From NCBI GenBank assembly GCA_902524285.1, contig CABZCR010000006.1, positions 4,391 through 68,390 of the forward strand: 64,000 nucleotides of DNA, read 5' to 3'. Below the pieces are notes generated by a model that was not told the DNA's origin, searched no databases, and saw nothing but the letters and a program-made list of their open reading frames with translations. Made by a program: the position numbers and the translations under genes. This DNA comes from an uncultured Pelagibacteraceae bacterium. GTDB taxonomy: Bacteria > Pseudomonadota > Alphaproteobacteria > Pelagibacterales > AG-422-B15. Shown piece after piece: positions 53,344 through 63,255 of this stretch; within the stretch, counting starts at the first letter, position 1; the number at the start of each line of letters is the position of its first letter.

Positions 53344-53800
53344 TTAAAAATAAAATTATTTTGTAAATCATAATTACTATAAGAGAATAAATACCGGCAA
53401 CAACATCATCCATAATTACACCATTAGCGCCTTTAATATTTTCTACCTTATTAACGGGATAAATCTTAAAAATATCAAATAATCTAAAACTACTAAAAGC
53501 CAATAAAACCTCGTATACATTAAATTGTAATAAAAAGATTAATGGCAATGATTGTCCAATAAATTCATCAACTACTATTTCTGAGGGATCTTCTTTATTC
53601 TCATTTCTCAGATAAATATTGATAGCTTTAAATGAACAAATAAAGACTATTATTATGATTATATAAAAAAAGTAAATATTTAGGTAGTTTATTGATATAT
53701 ACCAAATAAGAATTGCAAATAATGAACCAAATGTGCCTGGCGCAATACGGATATAGCCAATACCAAAAACTGAAACAAAAGCCTTAATTAAAAAAATCAT
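53336..53800 (-). CDS. pgpA: phosphatidylglycerophosphatase A
   Basis: APGTFGS, DPSEIVVDEFIG, FRLFDIFK, DDVVAG. Start taken at ATG 53800. Confidence 0.94.
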   Translation of the reverse strand: MIFLIKAFVSVFGIGYIRIAPGTFGSLFAILIWYISINYLNIYFFYIIIIIVFICSFKAINIYLRNENKEDPSEIVVDEFIGQSLPLIFLLQFNVYEVLLAFSSFRLFDIFKIYPVNKVENIKGANGVIMDDVVAGIYSLIVIMIYKIILFLNA

Positions 53801-54939
53801 AAATTCATAATTTTTATTGTTGTCCAACAAGCTACCGCTTTTGATTTACCTATAATACCAATATTATCTGCGGTTTTCGCCTTTACATTTATGTGCTTTT
53901 CATCACAATTCATTAATGAAGAAATATTTTTTCTTATTAATTTTTTATATTTTTCAAGCCTTATTTTTTGACAAATTATAGTACAATCAAGATTACTAAT
54001 AATTGAATTATCTAATTTGATTATTTTTTTTATTTCATCTAATAAAATTACTGAGGAAATATTTTTATATTTTTTTAGTGAAGGAAAATATGTGCCAATA
54101 TCACCTTTATTATTGGCTCCAAGTAAGGCATCAATTATAGAATGTATAACAACATCACCATCAGAGTGTCCAATAGCTTGATAGTTACATCTAATTTTTA
54201 ATCCAGCTAATGATAAATAATTCCCACTTTTAAGTTTATGTATATCAAAGCCACTTCCATATTTAATATTAAAATTAAGAATCTTTTTTAAAGTATCAAT
54301 ATCATTTTTTTTTGTAATTTTTATATTTTCTTTACTAGCCTCAATGTATTTTATCTTTAAATTTTTATTTCTTTCGATGACACCAAGATCATCAGTTGGA
54401 TTTATTTTTATTTTTTCTAGATTTTGTCGAAAAAATTTAAATTTAAACACTTGTGGTGTTTGATAGTATTTATAATCATTTCTTTTAACTGATTTATTTT
54501 TTTTTCTAATTGTATCTTCAACTTTAGATGCCGGTACTGCACAGTGATATTTTTTACTATTCATGCTCGCTAATAGTTCAATCATAATGTTTTTTGTAAA
54601 TGTAGGTCTCGCTGCATCATGGATCATTAAAAAATCATAATTATTTGAATTGATATTTTTTAAAGCCTGCTTGAGGCTGGCAAATCTTGTTTTACCGCCA
54701 TAAACCAATTGATTTTCAGTATATTTCAATAATAATTTTTTTTCGTTTTTAGTTATTTTTTTCGAAATAGTAATATATATAGAGTTTTTGTTTAAATATT
54801 TTGTTATATTTTTAAGTGTTATTTCTATAATTGGAGTGCGATGCACCTTGTAAAAAAGTTTTGATTTTGAATTGTCAAATCTTAAACCATTTCCAGATGC
54901 TAATATTATACAAGCAATTTTTAATTTTTTATAAGACAT
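53797..54939 (-). CDS. ispDF: bifunctional IspD/IspF
   Basis: LASGNGLRF, HDAARP, QTPQ, KIT (IspD) followed by GFDIH, GHSDGDV, DIG (IspF). Confidence 0.94.
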   Translation of the reverse strand: MSYKKLKIACIILASGNGLRFDNSKSKLFYKVHRTPIIEITLKNITKYLNKNSIYITISKKITKNEKKLLLKYTENQLVYGGKTRFASLKQALKNINSNNYDFLMIHDAARPTFTKNIMIELLASMNSKKYHCAVPASKVEDTIRKKNKSVKRNDYKYYQTPQVFKFKFFRQNLEKIKINPTDDLGVIERNKNLKIKYIEASKENIKITKKNDIDTLKKILNFNIKYGSGFDIHKLKSGNYLSLAGLKIRCNYQAIGHSDGDVVIHSIIDALLGANNKGDIGTYFPSLKKYKNISSVILLDEIKKIIKLDNSIISNLDCTIICQKIRLEKYKKLIRKNISSLMNCDEKHINVKAKTADNIGIIGKSKAVACWTTIKIMNL

Positions 54940-54973
54940 AGTAAAATAATATATAGCTTATTAACTGCCCAGA

Positions 54974-56761
54974 ATGAACAATAAATACATTAATATTTCA
55001 GTTTTGAATCTACGTATTGTTTTGTTGATTTTAGGTTCGTTAATATTTATTGGCTTATCTTTTGTCTTACTTTTTTATCAGAGAACCAATACAGTTAGTA
55101 CACTTGAGTATTCAAATATATATATATTATTCGCAGTTCTTTTAACTTTAATATTAATATTTTCTCTTATTTACCTATTATTTCCAATCTATTTAAGGGT
55201 TAGAAGAAAAAAAATAAGCACACTTAATAGTAAATTTACATTATATTTTATTCTTATTGCACTTACGCCCTCTATTTTTCTAGGTATTATCGGTTTAGTA
55301 TTAATTAATTTTGGTATCAATGATTGGTTTAATTCAAAAATAAACAATGTAATAAATAATTCAGTATTTGTTGCTGAAAGCTACTTGGAAGAGCATAAAG
55401 AAACTATTAAAGGTGATGTATATGCAATGTACAATGATCTTAACTCTTCAAGCGATGTTCTATCAAACGATAACAATAAATTAGCAATGGCATTAAGGAC
55501 TCAATCTCTAATAAGAGCGCTTCCTGAAGTATATGTAATTACTAGACAGGGCACTATTTCAGCAAAAGCATTTGATAATAATATTCTACAATATAGTCCG
55601 CCAGAAAATTCTTTTGTAAGAGCTGATGCAGGAGAAATGGCCATCATGTCATCAACTATAGTTAACAGAGTTTATGCTCTGGTTAAGTTAAAAAACTATG
55701 AAAATTCTTACTTGTTTGCAGGCAGATCCATGGACGCAAATGTGATAAGCGCCTTAAATGACACTGTCTCAGCAAAAAATGAGTATATATTTCTTGAAAA
55801 TAATAGAGATCAAATAAGTCTTATTTTTGTACTTATCTATATTGTTATATCGTTAATACTTATTCTACTCTCCACATTTGTAGGTTTAAAATTTGCAGAA
55901 AGAATTGTTTTACCTTTATCGATGGTAATTAAAGCTACCAATAATATCAGTAAAGGTAAGTATGAAGATAAAATTGAAAAAACAAATGATTATGTAGAAT
56001 TAAATCGTTTGGCAGAGTCATTTAATAAAATGAGCGCTGATATAATAAGACAACGTAAACAAATTCTAATTTCAGAAAAGCATGAAACTTGGTCTGATAT
56101 AGCTAGAAAAATTGCACATGAAATTAAAAATCCACTAACTCCTATACAACTATCATCCGAAAGATTGGAAAAGAAAATAAAAAATACGGCAATTGATAAC
56201 AATGAAATTACTGATTGTATAGATACTATAAGGCGTCAGGTTAATGAAATTGGATATTTAGTTGATGAATTTTCAAATTTTGCAAGGCTTCCGAATCCAA
56301 TATTAGAGAAACAAGATATCTATGAAATTGTTATCGATATCATCAATGATTATAAAAATAATTATAAAATGATTGATTTAGAATATAATTTCGAAAGTAA
56401 TAAGTATGAAATCTTGATAGATAAATCTCAGATATCAAGAGTATTTCAAAATCTTATAATTAATTCAATTCACTCAATACAAGAAGCAAATTTATCCGTT
56501 GGTAAAATCATTGTAGAATCTTCAGTTGTAAATAATTTTTTAAATATTTCAATATTAGATAATGGTGTAGGATTAAAATATGAAAAAAATGAACTTATAA
56601 AACCTTACTTTACTACAAAAAAAAGAAGAGGCGGTTCTGGTTTAGGTCTAGCAATTGTTGAAAAGATATTATTTGATCATAATGCCGAATTTTCTATTGA
56701 AAATAGAAATGATGGAACTGAAGGAGCGAAAGTCGAAATTAAGTTTGATAACAAAATATGA
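54974..56761 (+). CDS. ntrY: NtrY-type HAMP sensor histidine kinase
   Basis: TM segments, HAMP, WSDIARKIAHEIKNPLTPIQLS, DNGVG, GSGLGLAIV. Confidence 0.9.
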   Translation: MNNKYINISVLNLRIVLLILGSLIFIGLSFVLLFYQRTNTVSTLEYSNIYILFAVLLTLILIFSLIYLLFPIYLRVRRKKISTLNSKFTLYFILIALTPSIFLGIIGLVLINFGINDWFNSKINNVINNSVFVAESYLEEHKETIKGDVYAMYNDLNSSSDVLSNDNNKLAMALRTQSLIRALPEVYVITRQGTISAKAFDNNILQYSPPENSFVRADAGEMAIMSSTIVNRVYALVKLKNYENSYLFAGRSMDANVISALNDTVSAKNEYIFLENNRDQISLIFVLIYIVISLILILLSTFVGLKFAERIVLPLSMVIKATNNISKGKYEDKIEKTNDYVELNRLAESFNKMSADIIRQRKQILISEKHETWSDIARKIAHEIKNPLTPIQLSSERLEKKIKNTAIDNNEITDCIDTIRRQVNEIGYLVDEFSNFARLPNPILEKQDIYEIVIDIINDYKNNYKMIDLEYNFESNKYEILIDKSQISRVFQNLIINSIHSIQEANLSVGKIIVESSVVNNFLNISILDNGVGLKYEKNELIKPYFTTKKRRGGSGLGLAIVEKILFDHNAEFSIENRNDGTEGAKVEIKFDNKI

Positions 56762-58092
56762 ATAAGAAAAAAATACTCATAATCGATGATGAAGTTGATA
56801 TAGCTAATAATATAAGCTCAATTTTAAGTGATGAGAATTATGACACATCAATCGCACATAACTCTAAAGATGCCTTGCAACAATTGTCCAATAATAATTA
56901 TAGTTTAATAATACTGGATGTTTGGTTAACTAATTCAGACTTAGATGGAATTGAGATATTAAAAAAATTGAGAGAAACGATTTTAACTCCAGTTATTATT
57001 ATATCTGGTCACGGTAATATTGAAATGGCTGTCAAAGCAATCAAAGAGGGCGCTAATGAATTTATTGAAAAACCATTTACAACCGAAAGACTATTATTAT
57101 CTGTAATCAGGTCCATTGAGTTACACGAAATTAGAACTGAGAACGAACGTTTAAAGCAAGAAAATATTTATGATTATAAATTCATTGGAGAGTCATTAGC
57201 TATTAATAAAGTTAGAAATTTAATCAAAAAAGTTGCTCCAACAACTAGTAGGGTAATGATTTATGGAGATTCTGGAACAGGTAAAGACATTGTGGCACGA
57301 GAAATTCATAAATATTCAAACTTTAATGACGGTCCGTTTATTGCAATAAATGCTGCATTAATGGAGCCTGAAAATATAGAAAAAGAATTCTTTGGTCTAG
57401 ATGAAAATAATATCGAAAAACAAGGCTACTTTGAATTAGCGTCAAACGGAACTATATTTATTGATGAAGTTGGTGAAATGCCATTACAGACTCAGGCAAA
57501 AATTTTAAGAGTCTTAACAGACAAACATTTCACAAAAGTGGGAGGTAGCAAAATTATTGAACTTAAATGCAGGATTATTTGCTCCTCGATACAAAACCTT
57601 GAAATATTGATTGAAGAAGGATCATTTCGTAAAGACTTATTTCATCGTTTGAATGTGGTTAGTATTAAATTGCCGAAATTAATTGAACGAATAGATGATA
57701 TAGATGATTTAATTGAGTATTTTACTGAATTATTTACAGGAGATACTAAAAAACATGTTAATTTAATACCGATAATAAAATCTAAGTATATAAATTATGA
57801 GTGGCCTGGAAATATAAGAGAATTAAGAAATACAATTGAAAGGCACATTATACTAGGTGATAAATATGAAGAGGATGTTGACACACCTCGTGACAGTGAA
57901 ATAACAAACCAAAATGTCATATCCTTACCTCTTAAAAATGCTAGAAAAGTGTTTGAAAAAAACTATCTCCAATCACAAATAAATCGGTTTGATGGAAATA
58001 TATCTAAAACAGCATCATTTATTGGTATGGAAAGATCAGCTTTACACAGGAAACTTAAACAGCTCGGCATAACAGAAGACTTAAAAAAATGA
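56758..58092 (+). CDS. ntrX: NtrX response regulator (receiver-AAA+-HTH)
   Basis: LDVWL, SGHGNIE, GDSGTGK, WPGNIREL, NISKTASFIGMERSALHRKLK; no GAFTGA motif. Confidence 0.93.
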   Translation: MNKKKILIIDDEVDIANNISSILSDENYDTSIAHNSKDALQQLSNNNYSLIILDVWLTNSDLDGIEILKKLRETILTPVIIISGHGNIEMAVKAIKEGANEFIEKPFTTERLLLSVIRSIELHEIRTENERLKQENIYDYKFIGESLAINKVRNLIKKVAPTTSRVMIYGDSGTGKDIVAREIHKYSNFNDGPFIAINAALMEPENIEKEFFGLDENNIEKQGYFELASNGTIFIDEVGEMPLQTQAKILRVLTDKHFTKVGGSKIIELKCRIICSSIQNLEILIEEGSFRKDLFHRLNVVSIKLPKLIERIDDIDDLIEYFTELFTGDTKKHVNLIPIIKSKYINYEWPGNIRELRNTIERHIILGDKYEEDVDTPRDSEITNQNVISLPLKNARKVFEKNYLQSQINRFDGNISKTASFIGMERSALHRKLKQLGITEDLKK

Positions 58093-59480
58093 AAGTTATA
58101 ATTTGTGGGGCAGGCAAGGTTGGTACAAGTATAGCGAAACATTTAGTTTCACAGAAAAATGATGTTACTGTAATCGATCAATCTTTGGAACTGATTAATG
58201 ATATAAAAGAAAAAGTTGATCTTAAAACAATTATTGGTTCAGCATCAAACCCATCAATATTAAAAAAGGCCGGAGCTGAAGAAACAGATATGATTATAGC
58301 CGTTACTTTACACGATGAAATTAATATGGTTGCTTGTCAAATGGCACATACTTTTTTTAAAATTCCTAGAAAAATAGCCCGATTGAGATCTGAAGATTTC
58401 TTAAATCCTATATGGAGAGATCTTTATAACGCCGATAATATGCCAATCGACTTAATAATTAGTCCTGAATTAGAAGTTGCCAAATCTATTGAAAGACAAT
58501 TAAAAGCTCCCGGGGCTTACGACGTCGTCCCATTTTTAAATGATGAAATTGAATTATTGAGTTTACCGATAAATGAAAATTGCCCACTTATAGATACAAA
58601 TTTGAAGAGCATCCATGAATTATTTCAAGAAAACTCAAACAAAGAAAAAGATTTGCGGGCCTCTATTTTAGGAATAAATCGTGGAGATAATTTGTTGATC
58701 CCAAAAAAAAGTGACTCTCTTTTGAATGGAGACCTTGTTTATATTCTTTCTGATAAAAATCATGTTAAGAGAACATTGAGCGCATTTGGCTTAAATGAAA
58801 AACCAATAAAAAAAATTATAATTGTTGGAGGTGGAAACATAGGCTTCAATCTTGCAAAAGATATAGAATTATATCACACAGATATTTCAGTTTGTATTAT
58901 TGAAAATAATAATGAAAGAGCAACGTATATAGCTGATCAACTTGGAAATACTTTAATTTTAAATGGAGATGGTCTAGATCAAAGTATATTAGATGAAGCC
59001 AATATCAAAGATACAGACATGATGCTGGCTTTAACAAATGATGATGAAACTAACATAATTATTTCAGCCGTTGCAAAGAAAAATAATTGCGAATCTCTAA
59101 TTTTGGTAAATAATTCGGAATATAATAAATTAAAAGATCTTTTAGGAATAAGTAAGGTAATTGATCCACGAAAAATTACTGTTTCAAAAATATTAAAACA
59201 CGTGCATCGTGGAAGAATAGAGTCAGTTTATTCAATAGGCAATAATCAGGCTGAACTGATACATGCTCAGGCACTTAAATCATCAAAATTACTTAATAAA
59301 ACAATAAAAGAATCGAATTTACCAAATGGAATGAGGATTGGACTTATGAAAAAAAAGAACCAAATTATTATTCCTAATAAGGAAACAATTATTGAAGAAA
59401 ATGATGAAATACTATTTTTCTGTATGACAGAAGATTTAAAAAATGCAGAAGAACTATTTAAAATAAGAGAGGCTTATTAG
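58089..59480 (+). CDS. trkA: Trk potassium uptake NAD-binding subunit
   Basis: CGAGKVG, DEINMVACQ, second Rossmann motif GGGNIG. Confidence 0.95.
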   Translation: MKVIICGAGKVGTSIAKHLVSQKNDVTVIDQSLELINDIKEKVDLKTIIGSASNPSILKKAGAEETDMIIAVTLHDEINMVACQMAHTFFKIPRKIARLRSEDFLNPIWRDLYNADNMPIDLIISPELEVAKSIERQLKAPGAYDVVPFLNDEIELLSLPINENCPLIDTNLKSIHELFQENSNKEKDLRASILGINRGDNLLIPKKSDSLLNGDLVYILSDKNHVKRTLSAFGLNEKPIKKIIIVGGGNIGFNLAKDIELYHTDISVCIIENNNERATYIADQLGNTLILNGDGLDQSILDEANIKDTDMMLALTNDDETNIIISAVAKKNNCESLILVNNSEYNKLKDLLGISKVIDPRKITVSKILKHVHRGRIESVYSIGNNQAELIHAQALKSSKLLNKTIKESNLPNGMRIGLMKKKNQIIIPNKETIIEENDEILFFCMTEDLKNAEELFKIREAY

Positions 59481-60331
59481 TGTCAAAAATTTCATACGTA
59501 AATGGCAATTATTGTGAGCACAAAGACTCTTTTGTTCATATAGAAGATCGAGGCTATCAATTTGCAGACGGTGTTTATGAAGTATTTGGCGTAATAAACA
59601 AAAAAATAGTCGATTACGACGGTCATATTAATCGCCTTTTTAGATCTTTAAAAGAGTTACGAATGAACTCTCCAATTAACAAATCTTCATACTACTTCCA
59701 TATAAAGCGACTAGTAAAAATCAATCGAATTGATGATGGCTTAATTTATTTACAGATTACAAGAGGCGTAGCTGAAAGAGATTTTAAATTTCCAAAAAAT
59801 GCAAGATCCTCATTAGTTATGATTGCTAAAGGTATTTCTCAAGACACGTATGACGATACTTTTAAAAAAGGAATTAAAGTAAAGACAGTAAAGGATTTAA
59901 GATGGAAAAGAGTAGATATTAAAACAATTAATTTATTAGCTCCAGTTTTAGCTAAACAAGAAGCTACTGATCATTATTGTCAAGAAGCATGGTTAATTGA
60001 TGATGATGGCTTCGTAACTGAAGGAAGCTCAAGTACAGCATGGATTCTTAAGAAAAATGTTTTATATACAACACCATTATCAAATTCTATATTGAACGGT
60101 ATAACACGGCAATCACTGATAAAAGGGTTAAATAAAAATAAGGTAAGATTAACTGAAAAAAAATTTAATATTATTGATATTAAAGAAGCAGATGAGGCCT
60201 TCATAACAAGTGCCACTCAATATGTAATGCCAGTAGTAAAAGTTGATCACATAAAAATAGGTAATGGAAAAATAGGTAAATATGCCAGTATTTTTAGAAA
60301 GGCCTACATGGAGGCTGTAAAATTATCCTAA
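59480..60331 (+). CDS. dat: D-amino-acid transaminase (PLP class IV)
   Basis: EDRGYQFADGVYEV, YLQITRG, DIKT, TEGSSS, ILNGITR. Confidence 0.92.
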   Translation: MSKISYVNGNYCEHKDSFVHIEDRGYQFADGVYEVFGVINKKIVDYDGHINRLFRSLKELRMNSPINKSSYYFHIKRLVKINRIDDGLIYLQITRGVAERDFKFPKNARSSLVMIAKGISQDTYDDTFKKGIKVKTVKDLRWKRVDIKTINLLAPVLAKQEATDHYCQEAWLIDDDGFVTEGSSSTAWILKKNVLYTTPLSNSILNGITRQSLIKGLNKNKVRLTEKKFNIIDIKEADEAFITSATQYVMPVVKVDHIKIGNGKIGKYASIFRKAYMEAVKLS

Positions 60332-61404
60332 AAAAAAATACAACAAGAAGTTTAATCGTACATCCTAAAGTAGGAAGAGAATTTAAAAATGAAACTTTTG
60401 AAATGTATCAAGAAATTCAAAGTCTTGTTTTGAATTTAAATATAGAAATAATAATTAAAGAAATAATAAAAATTAAACAAAAAAATCCATCTACTTTTTT
60501 AGGTAAAGGAAATTTATTAAGATTAAAGGATAAAATAATTAAGTATAAAATAAATTTGTTAATTATTAATAATAATCTATCACCATCTCAACAAAGAAAC
60601 TTAGAGAAATTACTTAATGTTAAAGTTACAGATAGATCAGGTATAATAATTGAAATTTTTAGTAAAAGGGCTTCAACAAAAGAAAGTAAATTACAAGTAG
60701 AGTTAGCAGAATTAATTTATAGGAAATCCAGATTAGTGAGAGCATGGACACACCTAGAAAGACAAAGAGGAGGAACAACATTTATTGGCGGACCTGGTGA
60801 GCTACAAATTGAATTAGACAAGAGATTAATCCAGTTAAAGATTGTCAAAATAAAAAAAAGGTTAGTTAAAGTTAAGGCTCGTAGAAAAATACAAAGAAAA
60901 TCTAGACTAAATAGTAACTTTAAAACATTCGCACTTGTTGGCTATACAAATGCAGGTAAGACAAAATTATTTAATAAGTTAACAAAGAAAAAACAGTCAA
61001 GCCAAAACAAATTATTTGAAACGTTAGATACAAAAATAAGTAAGTTTTTTTTAAATAATCATCAAGTAGGTATAATCGATACAGTTGGGTTCATAAATAA
61101 TATTCCGACTCAGTTAATAGAGTCATTTCACGCAACATTAGAGGAGATAAATTCAGCAAATTTTATAATAAACGTAGTTGATGTAAATGATATAAACGCT
61201 AACGATAAAATACTTACTACAAAACGTATCTTGAAGGAAACAGGTGTAAGTGAAGAAAAGATATCAAAAATGATAAATGTTTATAATAAGATTGATATAA
61301 GTAATTCAAACTATAAGCAAACTCAAAATAGAATATTTATAAGTGCACTGACAGGTGAGGGGATTGAAAATCTAAAAAACAGTATAGAAAGGAAACTTAC
61401 TTAA
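60322..61404 (+). CDS. hflX: GTPase HflX (start uncertain; no C-terminal domain)
   Basis: LSPSQQRNLE, LQVELA, WTHLERQRGG, GPGE, GYTNAGK, DTVGF, NKID. The frame is open upstream of ATG 60403 back to ATT 60322. Confidence 0.93.
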   Translation: MILKKNTTRSLIVHPKVGREFKNETFEMYQEIQSLVLNLNIEIIIKEIIKIKQKNPSTFLGKGNLLRLKDKIIKYKINLLIINNNLSPSQQRNLEKLLNVKVTDRSGIIIEIFSKRASTKESKLQVELAELIYRKSRLVRAWTHLERQRGGTTFIGGPGELQIELDKRLIQLKIVKIKKRLVKVKARRKIQRKSRLNSNFKTFALVGYTNAGKTKLFNKLTKKKQSSQNKLFETLDTKISKFFLNNHQVGIIDTVGFINNIPTQLIESFHATLEEINSANFIINVVDVNDINANDKILTTKRILKETGVSEEKISKMINVYNKIDISNSNYKQTQNRIFISALTGEGIENLKNSIERKLT

Positions 61405-62146
61405 TCTCCTCAATAATAATTTTAATAGGGCCATTCTTTGCTTCATATCCAAGGAATTCATTATTATTTTTTTCAGAATAAATCACCTTTATATAATCAG
61501 ATGCAGCAAATACATCTGAAACCTTTTCATTTTTTTTATATCCACCAAGCCTAATTTGACTTGCTTCGCATTCAATTGAATTGTTATTTATATTTTTTAT
61601 AATATTTGTAAAAACTACATCATATCTTCGTTTGCCATCAAATATTTTGAATTTATTTTTGCATTTATTAGTTTTGTCATAATCAAGTAAATTTAGGAAA
61701 AATGAAGAAGGGTCAATTGTTCCTATTAACATGTCGTCACTAACATCGGCTAGTTGTGATTTATCAATTTTTGGTAAATTAATGATTTTTTCAACTACAT
61801 CGTTTGAATAACTCATTTCAACATATTTTTCCTTTTTTTTACGAGTGTATTTATATGAGTAATTAGTGGGTCTGTATATGTTATCAATTACACCGTCTAC
61901 CTCACCATTTCCATTAACCTGATTAATGAATTCAACAATGTTTTTGGATTTAATACTAAAATCATAGAAATATTTATGATTTTTAACATTTAATGATGTA
62001 GTAATTTCCATCACTGAGACTTTGGGAACCAATGGGAGTTTAGCGTAAATAGTGAATTTCCTTTCTAGATCAATTGTATCTGCTAAAGTATAAAATGGAT
62101 AAAAAACTAAAAATAAATACAAATAAAATTTTTTAATTGACCTCAT
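61397..62146 (-). CDS. exported protein, DUF3108-like
   Basis: Signal peptide, beta-rich sequence, IDP.S and C...IFDGKRRYD motifs. Start taken at ATG 62146. Confidence 0.65.
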   Translation of the reverse strand: MRSIKKFYLYLFLVFYPFYTLADTIDLERKFTIYAKLPLVPKVSVMEITTSLNVKNHKYFYDFSIKSKNIVEFINQVNGNGEVDGVIDNIYRPTNYSYKYTRKKKEKYVEMSYSNDVVEKIINLPKIDKSQLADVSDDMLIGTIDPSSFFLNLLDYDKTNKCKNKFKIFDGKRRYDVVFTNIIKNINNNSIECEASQIRLGGYKKNEKVSDVFAASDYIKVIYSEKNNNEFLGYEAKNGPIKIIIEEIK

Positions 62147-62151
62147 AAGTA

Positions 62152-63207
62152 ATGAAAATACTACATATTTCAAATTTTGTCCAAAAACAGAAAGGACGTC
62201 TGTATTGGAATCATTGTTTTAAAATTAATAATGGGTTCATTAGAAATGGACATAATATCTGCTTATTCAGTGATAGAGATATGAGTAGAATGAACAGATT
62301 AAATAAATTAAATAATAATAATTCTCTTAATAAAGAATTATTAGTAACTTTTAAAAATTTTGATCCTGACATAGTTGTTTTGGGTCACGCAGATAAAATT
62401 CACAATAAAACGCTCCAAGAGTTTAAGACGATTAAAAAGGATATTAAAATAATTGAGTGGAACGTAGATAATTATTATTTAGATGATACAAAAAATAAAT
62501 TTACTAAAAGAACTGATTTAATTGATGCTTTTTTTATTACAAATGCTGATGAATCAATAAAGACATGTCTTAATAATAATAACTCAATATCATTTTTTCC
62601 AAATATATTTGATTCATCAATTGAGCATTTAAAGATTTTCGAAAATAATTCTTTTGAATATGACGTATTTTATGCGCTAAGTTATGGAGTCGGTTCTGGT
62701 AAAATAAAAACAAAAAAATCAGATTATGATAGAGAAGTATATCTAGATTTTATTAAAAATGAACACCCGGAAATTAAAACAAATTTTTTTGGTTATGAAA
62801 ATATTCAACCTGTCTGGGGAGCAGATTTTGAAAGAGAAATCAGTAAATCACCAATTAGTTTAAACCTAAGTAGAAAGCCTCATCTTAAATATTATAGCTC
62901 AGATAGAATTTCACAATATCTTGGAAATGGATCTTGTATATTTGTAGATAAAAACTCACAATTAGAAGATCTCTTCACAAATGATGAGGTTATTTTTTTT
63001 GAAACTGATGATTTAGCTGATTTTGGCAAAAAAATTTCTTATTATATTTCTAATAAAGATGAAACAAAAAGAATTGCTAAAAATGGATGGGAGAGGGGTC
63101 ACAAATACTATAATGAAAAAATTGTCACTAATTATTTTTTAGAAATTGCATTTAAAAATAAGCCAGAGAGTGATTATGGTTGGCCAATTCATCAATATTT
63201 TAAATAA
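62152..63207 (+). CDS. glycosyltransferase (GT-B, CgeB/Glyco_trans_1_2-like)
   Basis: NGFIRNGH, FSDRD, SLNLSR, YSSDRI..Y.GNG, IAKNG. Confidence 0.8.
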   Translation: MKILHISNFVQKQKGRLYWNHCFKINNGFIRNGHNICLFSDRDMSRMNRLNKLNNNNSLNKELLVTFKNFDPDIVVLGHADKIHNKTLQEFKTIKKDIKIIEWNVDNYYLDDTKNKFTKRTDLIDAFFITNADESIKTCLNNNNSISFFPNIFDSSIEHLKIFENNSFEYDVFYALSYGVGSGKIKTKKSDYDREVYLDFIKNEHPEIKTNFFGYENIQPVWGADFEREISKSPISLNLSRKPHLKYYSSDRISQYLGNGSCIFVDKNSQLEDLFTNDEVIFFETDDLADFGKKISYYISNKDETKRIAKNGWERGHKYYNEKIVTNYFLEIAFKNKPESDYGWPIHQYFK

Positions 63208-63245
63208 TACTTCAGCAAACTAATAGAACGCTGAAGTATTATTTA
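63201..63245. terminator. bidirectional intrinsic terminator between convergent genes
   Basis: Perfect 16-bp inverted repeat TAAATAATACTTCAGC / GCTGAAGTATTATTTA with a 13-nt loop. Confidence 0.75.
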
Positions 63246-63255
63246 TATTTATAAT

